The notes: generated from the sequence alone by a model not told the origin. A stretch of 64,000 nt of DNA from Armatimonadota bacterium (GCA_041690135.1 JAWLHY010000001.1:1216001-1280000), one strand, 5' to 3'. Counted from the first letter of the stretch, positions 9,464 to 19,296 are shown. Made by a program: numbers and translations.

Positions 9464-10243
9464 TCAGTGAGCGCGTTCCTGAATCCGCCGCAGCGCCACG
9501 GTCTTTCCCGTCGCCGCATCCAGTTCCGCCACCAGGCCGCACAGGAGCGCGGGCTTATCCGGCACCTCGAAACGCACGGGCATCCGCGTTAAGAACCGTT
9601 CGATTACTGTTTGCTTCTCGACGCCGATGACACTATCCTCCGGACCGGTCATGCCGAGATCCGTCAGAAAGCCCGTGCCGCCCGCCAGGACCCGCTCATC
9701 GGCGGTCTGCACGTGGGTATGCGTGCCGAACACCAGGCTGGCACGCCCGTCCACGTAGTGCGCGAACGCCGCCTTTTCGGAAGTGCTTTCTGCGTGGAAA
9801 TCCACTACGACGAGCGACGTTTCCCGCCGCACCTCCTCATAGATCGTGTCGAACGTCCGGAAGGGGCACTCGAGGGGTTCCAACCCCGCCAGTCCCAGCA
9901 GGTTGATCACCGCGATCCGCCCGGTCCGTCCATCAAACACGCCCCAGCCGGAACCGGGGGTGAGGCCCGGAAAATTAGCGGGACGCAGCAGGCGCTCTTC
10001 CTGCTCGATGTAGGAGTAAATCGTCCGGTGCTTCCAAATATGGTTTCCGCTGGTGAGGCAACCCGCCCCACCCTCCAGGAGTTCGTCGGCGATCTCGGGG
10101 GTAATGCCGAACCCTCCGGCGGCGTTCTCGCAGTTAACGATGGTGAAGTCCGCCCGGTGCACCCGGGCCAGGTCCCGTCCCAACTGCTGAAAAGCCCGGC
10201 GCCCCGGCTTTCCCACGATATCGCCGATGGCGAATACGCGCAC
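9464..10243 (-). CDS. ymdB: YmdB-like (TIGR00282-type) metallophosphoesterase
   Basis: GDIVGKPGR, NCENAAGGFG, GNHIW, RPAN, DFHAESTSEK, GTHTHVQTAD, DLGMTG. Confidence 0.92.
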   Translation of the reverse strand: MRVFAIGDIVGKPGRRAFQQLGRDLARVHRADFTIVNCENAAGGFGITPEIADELLEGGAGCLTSGNHIWKHRTIYSYIEQEERLLRPANFPGLTPGSGWGVFDGRTGRIAVINLLGLAGLEPLECPFRTFDTIYEEVRRETSLVVVDFHAESTSEKAAFAHYVDGRASLVFGTHTHVQTADERVLAGGTGFLTDLGMTGPEDSVIGVEKQTVIERFLTRMPVRFEVPDKPALLCGLVAELDAATGKTVALRRIQERAH

Positions 10244-10310
10244 GCACTACCCACACTTTCTCAATTAGACTCCGCCGAACGCGGCAGGGTTTCATCTTAC
10301 CACAGACGCA

Positions 10311-12401
10311 TTACTGGCCCCGGTACCGGTTAAGCGGCCAGTCCCGGAGCAGCGCCAGGCGCGTCTCTAATTCGTTGATCTCCCGGCCCAGGGCGTCTAC
10401 CGTCGGCATATCGGAGCGCCGGACCGCGGCGAGGCGCAGCCCGCGCAGGTGCACCAGGCGAGTGAGGTCATCCAGGGGTAGTTTCAACAACTCCTTCCGC
10501 GCGGCCTCCGCCTGCACGGGTGACTTCAAGTCCAGTTCGTAGATTCCCACGAGGCTGTATAGCGCGATCTCGCGCCAGAAGGTATCGGCGTACTTCTGTT
10601 CCAGGCGCTTGAGTTGGTCGATGGCGCGCCGGAACTCTCCCTGGGCGACCTGGGCCGCGGCTTCGTTGAACTCGTCTTCCGCTTTGCGCAGGTACTGCCC
10701 TCGCCGGGAGAGCTCCGTCACCGGGGAGGCTTCGGCCCCCAATGCCACGAGTGCCGCGGTGTTCGGCGCCAGCTTCAGCTCGACGACGGCCTCTCCCTCG
10801 CGGATCGGGTGCGCGATCACCTCTACCTGCGGCTTGTGCGGAGAAGTTTCCGCAAGCGCCCGCCCCAACTCGGGCGGCGCGGGTCGTGGCGATCCGGCGG
10901 CTACCCAGGCTTCGTACGGAGTGTTCAGGGTCGTATCGATCCGGTAGACCCGCAGGGGAAGCTGCAGCAGGTTCTTCGCCATCCCCGTGAAACGGACCCG
11001 GACGGTGGTAGCCTCGCCGGTCCCGGGCAGAATCGAAGGGTCGTAACGGTACACCAGCGCTTGCCCGCCATTGCGACCGGGCCCGTTGCGGGTCGCCAGC
11101 ACTCCCAGGTCGGCGCTGCTCTCCGTTTTGAGGCGCTCCGAGCCCATGCGGGAAAGCAGCATGTAAAGTCGGAAGGCCGGCAAGGGGAGTGCGTTCCGAC
11201 CGACGAGCGAGATCAAGGGTCGAAACCCGTCGAAGTGGTCGTCGATCAGGTCGCCTGCTCGGAAGACCATGTCCACGCCGCGGGCGGAGCGGGCGCTGGC
11301 ATCGACGAGGGCGGCGAGCCGGGCAGCCTCGTAGGCGGTGTGCGCGCGGGACCCTTCCACCTGGCCGCTACCACACTCACTCAGGATGAAGCGCAGGCCC
11401 TTGAGCTCCGGGTAATCCCGTTCGACCAGGGTGCGCAGTTCTTCGTTCCACCGGACGATATCCGTGGTCGGGCCGTAGCGGTGCCAGGAAACGAAGCTGA
11501 GGCGGGCCCCCTTTCCCCCAGTAACGGAGTTCTTGCCTCGCGCGCAGTGGGAGAGAAAGTGCCGTAGAAAGCTCACGTCACCCGCCAGTCCCGGTCCGCC
11601 GATCCGGATGCCGGGATCCACGCTGTCCGCGGCGGCGGCGAAGTGGTCGTAGAGGCGGTTGAACGGCTGCACGTGCTCCGCCCCTACCGGCTCCGTGAAC
11701 GGCGCCTCGCGACCGCCGGCCCAGGAGCCGAGGTGGTCCGGCTGGTCCCACACCTCGAAGTACCAGGTGCGCACTTCTTGCGCGCCGTACGTCTTCACCA
11801 GGCGCCGGAGCATCTGGGTGATCAGGTCCTGATAGCGACCGTAATCCGCGGGACGGTTGGCGGCGGCGCCGCCCTCGTTCCGCCGGATGGGTCCCTCCAG
11901 CAGCACGTCCGGAAGGCCGCCGCAGACGATGAACGGCTTCACTCCCGAGGCGAGCAGGGTATCCAGGACCCGCTCCAGCGCCTCCCAGCGGTAGAGGATC
12001 TCCCCGTTCGGCCCCTTTCCGGCCACCCGGCAGCCGGAGAACCACTCCGTGCGGCTCTTGGGTACCCCGTCCCCCAGCCAGTTGTAGCAGCGTACATAGG
12101 ATAAGGCGCCGGTCGCGCGGGCCCAGGAGAAGGCGGAGTCGGCGAGGTTGGAAGTCGCTTGCGCATAGACGGCGTCGCAGGTGATATTGGTGTAAGCGGC
12201 CGCCCGGAATGGCCCCTCCACCTGGGAAGTGTGCACCTTCACCTCGACGGGCTGTTTGGCTTCGTTGGCGGCCACACCGGCGCCGGGCGCGGCGGCGGCA
12301 CCGACTGTCGCGGCTGCCAGGGCAACCAGCGCAACTACCGGGTACAAGTCTCTAACCTTCAACTTTGGCCCTCTGGCCCCCGCAGGGGACTTCACCTTCA
12401 A
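10311..12401 (-). CDS. Secreted GH39-like glycoside hydrolase with C-terminal TPR-like region
   Basis: YRWEALERVLDTLLASGVKPF; YGAQEVRTWYFEVWDQPD; IRIGGPG; FVSWHRY; helical C-terminus. Confidence 0.8.
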   Translation of the reverse strand: MKVKSPAGARGPKLKVRDLYPVVALVALAAATVGAAAAPGAGVAANEAKQPVEVKVHTSQVEGPFRAAAYTNITCDAVYAQATSNLADSAFSWARATGALSYVRCYNWLGDGVPKSRTEWFSGCRVAGKGPNGEILYRWEALERVLDTLLASGVKPFIVCGGLPDVLLEGPIRRNEGGAAANRPADYGRYQDLITQMLRRLVKTYGAQEVRTWYFEVWDQPDHLGSWAGGREAPFTEPVGAEHVQPFNRLYDHFAAAADSVDPGIRIGGPGLAGDVSFLRHFLSHCARGKNSVTGGKGARLSFVSWHRYGPTTDIVRWNEELRTLVERDYPELKGLRFILSECGSGQVEGSRAHTAYEAARLAALVDASARSARGVDMVFRAGDLIDDHFDGFRPLISLVGRNALPLPAFRLYMLLSRMGSERLKTESSADLGVLATRNGPGRNGGQALVYRYDPSILPGTGEATTVRVRFTGMAKNLLQLPLRVYRIDTTLNTPYEAWVAAGSPRPAPPELGRALAETSPHKPQVEVIAHPIREGEAVVELKLAPNTAALVALGAEASPVTELSRRGQYLRKAEDEFNEAAAQVAQGEFRRAIDQLKRLEQKYADTFWREIALYSLVGIYELDLKSPVQAEAARKELLKLPLDDLTRLVHLRGLRLAAVRRSDMPTVDALGREINELETRLALLRDWPLNRYRGQ

Positions 12402-12431
12402 ACCTCAATACCGGCCCCGCGAAGGCCCTTA

Positions 12432-12630
12432 AGGCTCGCGCGAAAATGAACTATACAGTTTCGGCCTGCGCGCACGGCGAGAGAGTATAGTTCCACTTCC
12501 CGTGAAACGTGGAGCGAGTGATCTGTACGGCGGTCAGTTCCGCGTCGGTCATAAGGACGCCCGGCGGGTAGTTCCGCGCTGTAGTCCAGCTCCTGCAGCA
12601 AGCCTGCCACCGTGCGGGCCTTGATGGATC
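12432..12630 (-). mobile_element. ISAzo13-family transposase remnant (internally deleted)
   Basis: Fragments ARTVAGLLQELDYS and NYPPGVLMTDAELTAVQITRSTFHGKWNYTL resemble the N-proximal and C-terminal parts of ISAzo13 transposases. A candidate end, AGGCTCGCGCGAAAATGAA, is at 12432-12450. Confidence 0.7.
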
Positions 12631-12669
12631 CGCTTTCGGGAGCACTATACCCGTTCCGGAATGGCCCAG

Positions 12670-13296
12670 TCAGAGGCCTCTCCAGCCTCGCTCCGGTCCG
12701 CGGCGCCTGCCAGGGGCTCGCTCCGGGAACTCTACCTTGCTGTAGACCCGCGGCAGCGAGAGGACGCAACCGATGGAGGCCAGCGCCAGTACCCCGTCCG
12801 CGTCGCCACACTCGCCATACACCCAGTCCGATCCTTCCTCCTGCCGGACGAACCGTTCGATCCGCGCCCGGTCCGAGGCAACGAGGACATACTCCCGAAG
12901 CGACTCCAGCGTCTGATAGTGGGCGAACTTGTCGCCCCGGTCGTACGCTTCCGTGGTTTCGGAGAGCACTTCGATGATCACAACGGGATTGAGCAGCGTG
13001 CGCCGGTCTTCGGGGTCGGCGTGGGGGTCTCCACAGACCACGGTCACGTCCGGGTAGGTGTACAGGCCCGTGCTGGGGATTTTCACTCGTTGGTCACTCG
13101 GATAGACCCGGCACGGCCGCTCCTCGAGCTGATTGCCCAATTCCCGGATCAGGTTGCCGACGATCAGGTTGTGTTCGAGAGTGCCGCCCGCCATCGCGAA
13201 GACTTCACCGTCGAAGTACTCGCTCTTCTCGTCCGCCCGCGCATCCAGTTCCAGGTACTCTTGCGGGGACACCCACTCCCGAATGGGCTCGAACAT
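12670..13296 (-). CDS. Uma2 (DUF820) family PD-(D/E)xK endonuclease
   Basis: EYFDGEVFAMAGGTLEHN; YTYPDVTVVC; IIEVLSETTEAYDRGDKF; EYVLV. Confidence 0.92.
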   Translation of the reverse strand: MFEPIREWVSPQEYLELDARADEKSEYFDGEVFAMAGGTLEHNLIVGNLIRELGNQLEERPCRVYPSDQRVKIPSTGLYTYPDVTVVCGDPHADPEDRRTLLNPVVIIEVLSETTEAYDRGDKFAHYQTLESLREYVLVASDRARIERFVRQEEGSDWVYGECGDADGVLALASIGCVLSLPRVYSKVEFPERAPGRRRGPERGWRGL

Positions 13297-13541
13297 GCCT
13301 GTCTCCTCTCGCTGCGGTATTCTGCACAGCCGTTCAACTCGAGAAACTTCAACCTCGCGCCCTCTCCAACCTGCTCGGCCCGCCTGCACTCTACGGAAGG
13401 CATTCAACAACCCAGGCACGCCCCGGAGAGGCGAGCTTACTTCGCATGCTATCCGGCGGTATGACAGGACCTACGCCAGACGGCGTCGCTGCTGCCCGAA
13501 AACGTCCAAAACTGTCCAACTTGCCCCTCCTGAAGGTCCCA

Positions 13542-14408
13542 TCAGCCCTTAATGGCGCCGGCGGTGAGCCCCGCGCTGATCTGGCGCTGGAAGAACAGAT
13601 AGACAAGCATGGTCGGCAGCATGACCATGAAGAGGGCGGCGAACAGCGCCCCCCAGTCGGCGCTGTACTGCTGGCGCTGCGTAATTTGTGCCAGGCCGAG
13701 AGGGAGCGTGTAGCGGGCACGGTCGGTGATCAGCACCAGGGCCAGAGGGTACTCGTTCCAGATGCCGATGACGTTGAAGACGCCGGCCACCACCAGGCCG
13801 GGCTTGGCGAGGGGCAACATCACGCGGAGGAAGGTCTGCCAGCGGCCGGCCCCGTCGATGGCCGCGGCCTCGGCAAGTTCCTCCGGCAGGCTGCGGAAGA
13901 ATCCGCTGAGGACGAATACCGTGAACGGCAGCGAGTAGGCGACGTAGACGGCGATGAGGCCGGCGTAGTGGTCCGTGTTGATGAACCCGCGCGGGGCAAT
14001 CACGGGAACGCGGGTTTGGTTGAGCAGCAGGAACAACGGCACCACGGCGAGGAAGATCGGGAATACCATCCCGCCGATGAAGGCGTTCATCAGGGTGCCC
14101 GCGCCCCGGAAGCGGAAGCGGGTTAGGCCGTAGGTGGTCATCGAGCCGACGGCCAGGATGAGCAGGACGCTGACCACCGTGAGGAAGACGCTGTTCAGGA
14201 AGTAGGGGCCGAGGCCCGGCTCTCCCGACATCCCGAACCAGGCGTTGCGGAAGTTGACCCACTGGGGCTCCGTGGGCGGCGCCCAGGCGCTCCGGAAGAT
14301 CTCCTCCGTGCTCTTCAGCGAGGTGTACGACAACCACGCCAGCGGGAAAAGGATGACCAGTGAGTAGAGACCCAGCGCCAGGTAGACGAGCGGGTTGACG
14401 CGTCGCAT
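13542..14408 (-). CDS. Carbohydrate ABC transporter permease (MalG-type)
   Basis: EAA loop LPEELAEAAAIDGA; WNEY; C-terminal GLTAGAIKG. Start overlaps the stop of the upstream gene. Confidence 0.92.
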   Translation of the reverse strand: MRRVNPLVYLALGLYSLVILFPLAWLSYTSLKSTEEIFRSAWAPPTEPQWVNFRNAWFGMSGEPGLGPYFLNSVFLTVVSVLLILAVGSMTTYGLTRFRFRGAGTLMNAFIGGMVFPIFLAVVPLFLLLNQTRVPVIAPRGFINTDHYAGLIAVYVAYSLPFTVFVLSGFFRSLPEELAEAAAIDGAGRWQTFLRVMLPLAKPGLVVAGVFNVIGIWNEYPLALVLITDRARYTLPLGLAQITQRQQYSADWGALFAALFMVMLPTMLVYLFFQRQISAGLTAGAIKG

Positions 14409-15325
14409 CACTCGGTCCTCCAGACCCGCTGGAGCAGGGTCGTGATGATCATCACCATTACGAAGTTCACCGCGCCGATGGCGGTGGAGTAGCCGAACTG
14501 CTGTTCCACAAAGCCCTTCTGGTACAGGTAGGTCAGCGCGACCTCGGTCGCGTTGGCGGTGCTGCTGGGCGGGGCCATGATCCACACCAGCGCGAAGATA
14601 TTCATCGAGTTGATGATGAGGTAGATGACGGAAAGCCGCACGATCTCGTTGAGCAGCGGCATCGTTACGTGCCAGAAGCGCTGGGTCTCGGTGGCCCCGT
14701 CGATGGCGGCGGCCTCGATCACATCCGCGGGGATGTTCTGGATCCCGGCCCGGAAGAGCAGGATATAGAAGCCGAGCACGTACCACACGTATGTGGCCGC
14801 CACGGAGGGCAGCACCCGCTTGGGATCGGCGAGCCACACAATGGTGTCGCCCGCATCCAGCACTCCCACGGCGCGCAGAGTGGCGTTGATGAGGCCCCAG
14901 TTGGGGTTGTAAAGGAACATCCAGAGCGTGGAGACCGCCACCACGGAGACCACGTTGGGGAAGAGGAAGAGCGCGCGGAAGAACTCCCCACCCCATAGCT
15001 TGCCGCGGTCGCCCGCCGCGGGGTTCGCCAGGATGTTGGCGAAGAACAACGAAAGCGTGAGGACCGCCGCGGCCACCATCAGGAAAAAGGTGAAGTTGTG
15101 GGAGAGTGCCCCCCGGAACCGGTCGTCCCGAGCGATCTGGGCGAAGTTCTCCAGGCCCACGAAGACCATGTTGCCGGAGACGCCACGCCAACGGTGGACC
15201 GCCACGTAGAACGACTGCGCCATCGGCCACAGCACGAGCAGGCCGTAAAGGAGGAGACCGGGTGCCAGCAGCGTGGCCACGAAGCCCACGGTGCCCCAGT
15301 TGATGCGGCGGCGCTTCGGTTTCAT
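14408..15325 (-). CDS. Carbohydrate ABC transporter permease (MalF-type)
   Basis: FVGLENF; FLFPNVVS; IPADVIEAAAIDGA; FGYSTAI. Confidence 0.92.
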   Translation of the reverse strand: MKPKRRRINWGTVGFVATLLAPGLLLYGLLVLWPMAQSFYVAVHRWRGVSGNMVFVGLENFAQIARDDRFRGALSHNFTFFLMVAAAVLTLSLFFANILANPAAGDRGKLWGGEFFRALFLFPNVVSVVAVSTLWMFLYNPNWGLINATLRAVGVLDAGDTIVWLADPKRVLPSVAATYVWYVLGFYILLFRAGIQNIPADVIEAAAIDGATETQRFWHVTMPLLNEIVRLSVIYLIINSMNIFALVWIMAPPSSTANATEVALTYLYQKGFVEQQFGYSTAIGAVNFVMVMIITTLLQRVWRTE

Positions 15326-15679
15326 CTACAGCGCCCGCCCGCAGTGCCGGCAGCGAAACGTGCCGGCCGGGTAGACCTCATTGCACCAGCCACAATACGG
15401 CGCCCCTTCTTCGCCCTCCGGCAAATGGTCTTGGTAAGCTTCATCTTCGGAGGGCAGCGGTTCTTCCCAGAGTCGGTTCAAGTCGTAGCGGTCCTCGCGC
15501 CGGCGCACCCACCAGGCAACGATTCCGCCTAGCCCTGCCACTCCCAGCCCCAGCATTAGCAGGAGGCGGCCTCGGCCGGGCAGGGGCGCCAGTGCCGCAA
15601 AACCGGCCAGCACCAGGCAGGCCAGGCCCGCCATCAGGGGCGTGTAGCTGCCTCGATTGTTGCGGAGATCGGAAAACAT
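15326..15679 (-). CDS. Small 2-TM protein with C-terminal zinc ribbon
   Basis: Two hydrophobic segments; CGWC...CRHC; abuts both neighbours with no gap. Confidence 0.75.
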   Translation of the reverse strand: MFSDLRNNRGSYTPLMAGLACLVLAGFAALAPLPGRGRLLLMLGLGVAGLGGIVAWWVRRREDRYDLNRLWEEPLPSEDEAYQDHLPEGEEGAPYCGWCNEVYPAGTFRCRHCGRAL

Positions 15680-17440
15680 CTAGGGGTGTTTTACCGCTTT
15701 CAAATGCACGGTGTGTTCTATCACAGGCTGTCCCGCCGGCAGCGGAAGCCGCACCCACAGGTGGCCGGCCTTCCCGTCGTAGCCTGCTTCCGCAGCGGTG
15801 GGGCCTTCGAACTGCAAAGCAGAGGCGGCTCCCCTGACAACGATCTTCGGCAGTTTCCCTCCGGCGGCCTGCACGCGCTGCTCGGCATCCACCGCCAATA
15901 CCAGGGCATCCGCGGTTTCCGTTGGTGCGGCCGACCAGCGCCAGCCGCCGAGACGGATGGGTAGGGACAGGCGCAGCGACCCCGCCGGCCCCTCCCCTGT
16001 GCGCCGGGCGATCATACGGAGGCTGACCCCGTCTTCTGCCGGCGAAAAGAGAAGAGATAGCGCTCCTTCCGGTCCTTCCACCTTAAGGAAGCGACTCTCC
16101 TTTTGCTCCGTGAGGGGCGCCTGCAGTGGCACCACGCCCTTGCCCTCCAGGTGGAGCGTGGCGCCGCCCGGCCGCATTCCGGCGGAGAGCGGCTCACCCA
16201 GGAGTGACAGGCCGGCGATCCCCCCTTCCGGCGTAAGAAGCAACTGCAGGTCGTTCCCGACCGGGATCCACCGCCCTCGGGAACGGCGTCCTCCCCCACC
16301 GGCGCCTCCCGGCCGTCCCATCCCCGCTGCCTGCGCCAGGAACATGGCAATCATCGGGCGCCGGGCCTGGTACTCCGCTTCAGGGAGGGCGCGGATGGTA
16401 TCCAGGGCCTTCAGGAGGTTTTCCGCGGACCCAGCGCCGGGAGAGGGCATGCCCGGGGATTTCGGGTCCGGCCTGGGCGGTACGCCACCGGGCGGGGTCG
16501 GGGGAGCGGCTCCAGGCGCCGGAGGCGTCTCGCTTGCAGGCGGCTGTGCCGCCTTGACGGCCTCTTTCGGGAACGCCGGGGCTTTCTTGATGGCTGCGCT
16601 GATGGCGCCGAACTGGCGCTCGAGCGTGCTCCAATCTCCCGACTTCTGGGCTTCCTGGAAGGCCGGGCCGAGCGGCTTCGTGAGGGCCAGTACCGCGCGC
16701 AAGTCGCGCTTTTGCTCGTGGGCGGCAAGGATTTCATCCAGGAGGGACTGGAGCCGCTCCAGCATCGGTCCTTCGGCCCGACCGGAGGTTGCCGCCGCCA
16801 TCTGTGGCAGTTGGGATCGGAAGGCGCGGAGCTTCCGGATTTCCTCGTCTTGCCGGGCGAAAGCCGCTGTCGCCGGTGACTTCCGGGCCATCGCGGGATC
16901 GATGGGGGCTTTGAAGCCCGGTCGGAGGGTGGCGCTGCGGACCTGGTTGGCGGCCTCGGCAAAGGCCGCCAGGGCCTGATCTTTGTTGCCGGAGCGCGCG
17001 GCGTCGGCGACTTCCACCAGTTTGTTCTGGGCCGGAGCCAGGTCGTATCCCTGCGCCTGTTTGCGGACCAGTTCCTTCAGGACTTCCTGCACCTTCCGCC
17101 GTTCCGGCGAGTTGGGTGGCCAAAGCTGGTCGAGCGGCAGTCCGGGACCGGATTTCTCGGGTGAGGTCGCTTCGGCGTCCTCTGCTTCCAGTGCCCGCAG
17201 GCGCTTTAGCGCGGCATCGAACTCTCCGTTCGCGAGCGCGGTCCGGATTTCCGGACGGGCCTGGCGTACCAGGGCAGCCTGTGTCGGGTCCTCCTTCTCC
17301 TCCCGCTCGTCCAGCGCCACGTAGCGGTTCACAGCATCCCGCGCATCGTGGTAGCGGGCCTGCTGCCACAGGGCGCCCACCCCGCACAGGACTCCGGAGG
17401 TCACCAGGCCGGCGGTCAACCAGCATTCGCGCGGGGTCAT
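15680..17440 (-). CDS. Hypothetical membrane-anchored protein (helical region, Pro-rich linker, beta-rich C-terminus)
   Basis: ATG 17440 overlaps the upstream stop (ATGA); N-terminal TM LTAGLVTSGVLCGVGALW. Confidence 0.75.
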   Translation of the reverse strand: MTPRECWLTAGLVTSGVLCGVGALWQQARYHDARDAVNRYVALDEREEKEDPTQAALVRQARPEIRTALANGEFDAALKRLRALEAEDAEATSPEKSGPGLPLDQLWPPNSPERRKVQEVLKELVRKQAQGYDLAPAQNKLVEVADAARSGNKDQALAAFAEAANQVRSATLRPGFKAPIDPAMARKSPATAAFARQDEEIRKLRAFRSQLPQMAAATSGRAEGPMLERLQSLLDEILAAHEQKRDLRAVLALTKPLGPAFQEAQKSGDWSTLERQFGAISAAIKKAPAFPKEAVKAAQPPASETPPAPGAAPPTPPGGVPPRPDPKSPGMPSPGAGSAENLLKALDTIRALPEAEYQARRPMIAMFLAQAAGMGRPGGAGGGGRRSRGRWIPVGNDLQLLLTPEGGIAGLSLLGEPLSAGMRPGGATLHLEGKGVVPLQAPLTEQKESRFLKVEGPEGALSLLFSPAEDGVSLRMIARRTGEGPAGSLRLSLPIRLGGWRWSAAPTETADALVLAVDAEQRVQAAGGKLPKIVVRGAASALQFEGPTAAEAGYDGKAGHLWVRLPLPAGQPVIEHTVHLKAVKHP

Positions 17441-19296
17441 CGCTCTTCCCTCCGGCTCCGCCGCCGACGCCGTTGGGGAGTATCTCCCGGTGGGGGCGGC
17501 GCTGTCTTGAGCATCAGTTCGCGCGCCTCCGTGGAAAGGAAGAAGCGGCTGAGCGGCCGGGAGTTCTCGGCCAGCACCTTTCCCTTTCCGTCCAACGCCG
17601 TTACCTCGTACTCGTATTGCATCACCAGCGCTTGGGGCGGGATGTCCGGCACCAGCGTGCCAAGCGGGCAATCGACGGAAGTGCTCTTCACCTTTTCCGC
17701 CGACCACAGCACCGGGTCGTCCCGGAACGCATTCCGCTTCTCCCGGGGAACCCGTCGCAGGAAGGCGCCGCGCATGAACCGAACCGGCCGCACGCGCACC
17801 GCGTATCCGGCGGCTCCTGGCCAACGTTCCCACTCCAGGCGAATAGCCTCACCCGTGGGCGGTGCCTCTCCGAACGTACGGGTCGAAAGGGCGGTCCTCA
17901 GGCGCAGTGGAGGGAGTTGCACCGGCTTATCCTGCACCACGACCCGCTGGGGAAAGCCGGATCCGCCGCGGGGGTCCATTCCCTCGGGTAGGATGGGGAC
18001 CGCGTTCTCTGCTCGCGCGGGCAGCACGACCATCGGCAGATAGATGCCTGCCGGTACGCCGCTGATCCGGAAGCGGCCCCGGCGGTCCGTGCGTCCCCGG
18101 TAGGTGGTGCCCTCCAGCGTCCGCGGGAGGGCGCGGGGCCCGGGCCGACCGTGCCGGCGCTCCGAGAGGATGACCTCCACGCCTTCGAGCGGCTTTCCCT
18201 TCAGGCTGACTTCCCCGGAGACCGGAAATTCGCGGGCTCGCGGGGCGGGACCGGGCAGCTCGACCTTGAGGGCTTCGAAAAGGTCGGCCACCCAGAGCTG
18301 GTTGCGAACTTCCTCCAACTGCTCCCGGCGCTCTCGCAGGTCGTTCTTTTGCTCGTCGTCCAGACCCCGATACGCTTGTACTCGTGCGGCTTCGCGCTCG
18401 GCAACCCCGGCCAACTCGCGGGCCGGGCCCACCTGCTGTAGCTGCAGTTCCAGGCCGGAGAGGTCCAGCCGGAACCCCAGGATCGACAGGGTGGCGCGGG
18501 CCGGGAGGGCCTGCCCCGCATAACGCTCCCGGGCCGCCCGTTCCGCTGCTTCGAGCGCTCGCTGTTTGTAGCGGCGTGCCTGCTGCAGCCGCCCCGCCTC
18601 GCGCGCCGCGCGGTAAAGGGCCTCCGCCGCTTCCTCCGCTTGCGGGCTGCGGGGGTACTCGGCCAGCAGGCGCCGGTAGATTGTCAGGCTTTCCGAACGT
18701 CGCCCGGCCTGGGCCTCTGCGCGCGCCACCCGTTCGAGGGCCAGCGGCGCTTGCGGGCTGGTGGGGTACTCGTCCGCCAGCCGCCGCGAAAGTTCGGCCG
18801 CCCGCTGGTCGTCCGGGACTCCGGCCGCCAGCCATCCCTTTTCGTTCAGGGTGGCAAAAAGCCACTTTGGTTCCTCTCGCGAGCCGACCAGCCCCAGGAA
18901 TGAGGCCCCCTGGCTGTAGAGGAACCCGTCTTCCAGCGCCTCTTCCGCGAAGAGGCTGAAGGGATAACGGTCTGGAAGCGCGCTCAACTGCTGTTCGCGG
19001 TCGCGGCAGTAGTCGGCCAGGGCGGCCTGGGTGTTGGTGCTGACCAGCGTGCCCAGGGACGGAAGTTCCCCAATGAAGGCGCGGAAGTCGGGACCGAAGA
19101 TCCAGGTCTGATACAGGAGCGCGTCGAGCAGAAACTGCTGCTGGTAGTAGGGGATGGGAATCCGCCCCTTGAATTTGGTGACGTCGTGGGTCTGGGCGTA
19201 GAACAGCTTGTAGGCGGCGCCGAGCCAGAAGTAGCCCAGAACCAGCAACATCAGCTTGGCCAGCGTCCGCGCCCAGCTTTGCAGTCTTCGCGCCAT
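17437..19296 (-). CDS. Membrane-anchored TPR protein with carboxypeptidase-regulatory-like/Ig domain
   Basis: N-terminal TM; YPTSPQAPLAL and YPRSPQAEEA TPR motifs; VSGEV..GKPLEGVEV..TDRRGRFRISGVPAGIY. Confidence 0.8.
   Translation of the reverse strand: MARRLQSWARTLAKLMLLVLGYFWLGAAYKLFYAQTHDVTKFKGRIPIPYYQQQFLLDALLYQTWIFGPDFRAFIGELPSLGTLVSTNTQAALADYCRDREQQLSALPDRYPFSLFAEEALEDGFLYSQGASFLGLVGSREEPKWLFATLNEKGWLAAGVPDDQRAAELSRRLADEYPTSPQAPLALERVARAEAQAGRRSESLTIYRRLLAEYPRSPQAEEAAEALYRAAREAGRLQQARRYKQRALEAAERAARERYAGQALPARATLSILGFRLDLSGLELQLQQVGPARELAGVAEREAARVQAYRGLDDEQKNDLRERREQLEEVRNQLWVADLFEALKVELPGPAPRAREFPVSGEVSLKGKPLEGVEVILSERRHGRPGPRALPRTLEGTTYRGRTDRRGRFRISGVPAGIYLPMVVLPARAENAVPILPEGMDPRGGSGFPQRVVVQDKPVQLPPLRLRTALSTRTFGEAPPTGEAIRLEWERWPGAAGYAVRVRPVRFMRGAFLRRVPREKRNAFRDDPVLWSAEKVKSTSVDCPLGTLVPDIPPQALVMQYEYEVTALDGKGKVLAENSRPLSRFFLSTEARELMLKTAPPPPGDTPQRRRRRSRREER

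Noticed and set aside
12670-13296. Uma2 as part of a restriction or defence island
   Set aside because: No methyltransferase or other defence genes are adjacent.
14409-15230. 562-aa version of the MalG-type permease
   Set aside because: The extension overlaps the MalF-type gene in another frame; ATG 14408 is the coupled start.
17441-17833. N-terminal extension of the 717-aa ORF
   Set aside because: It overlaps the TPR gene; ATGA coupling supports the start at 17440.
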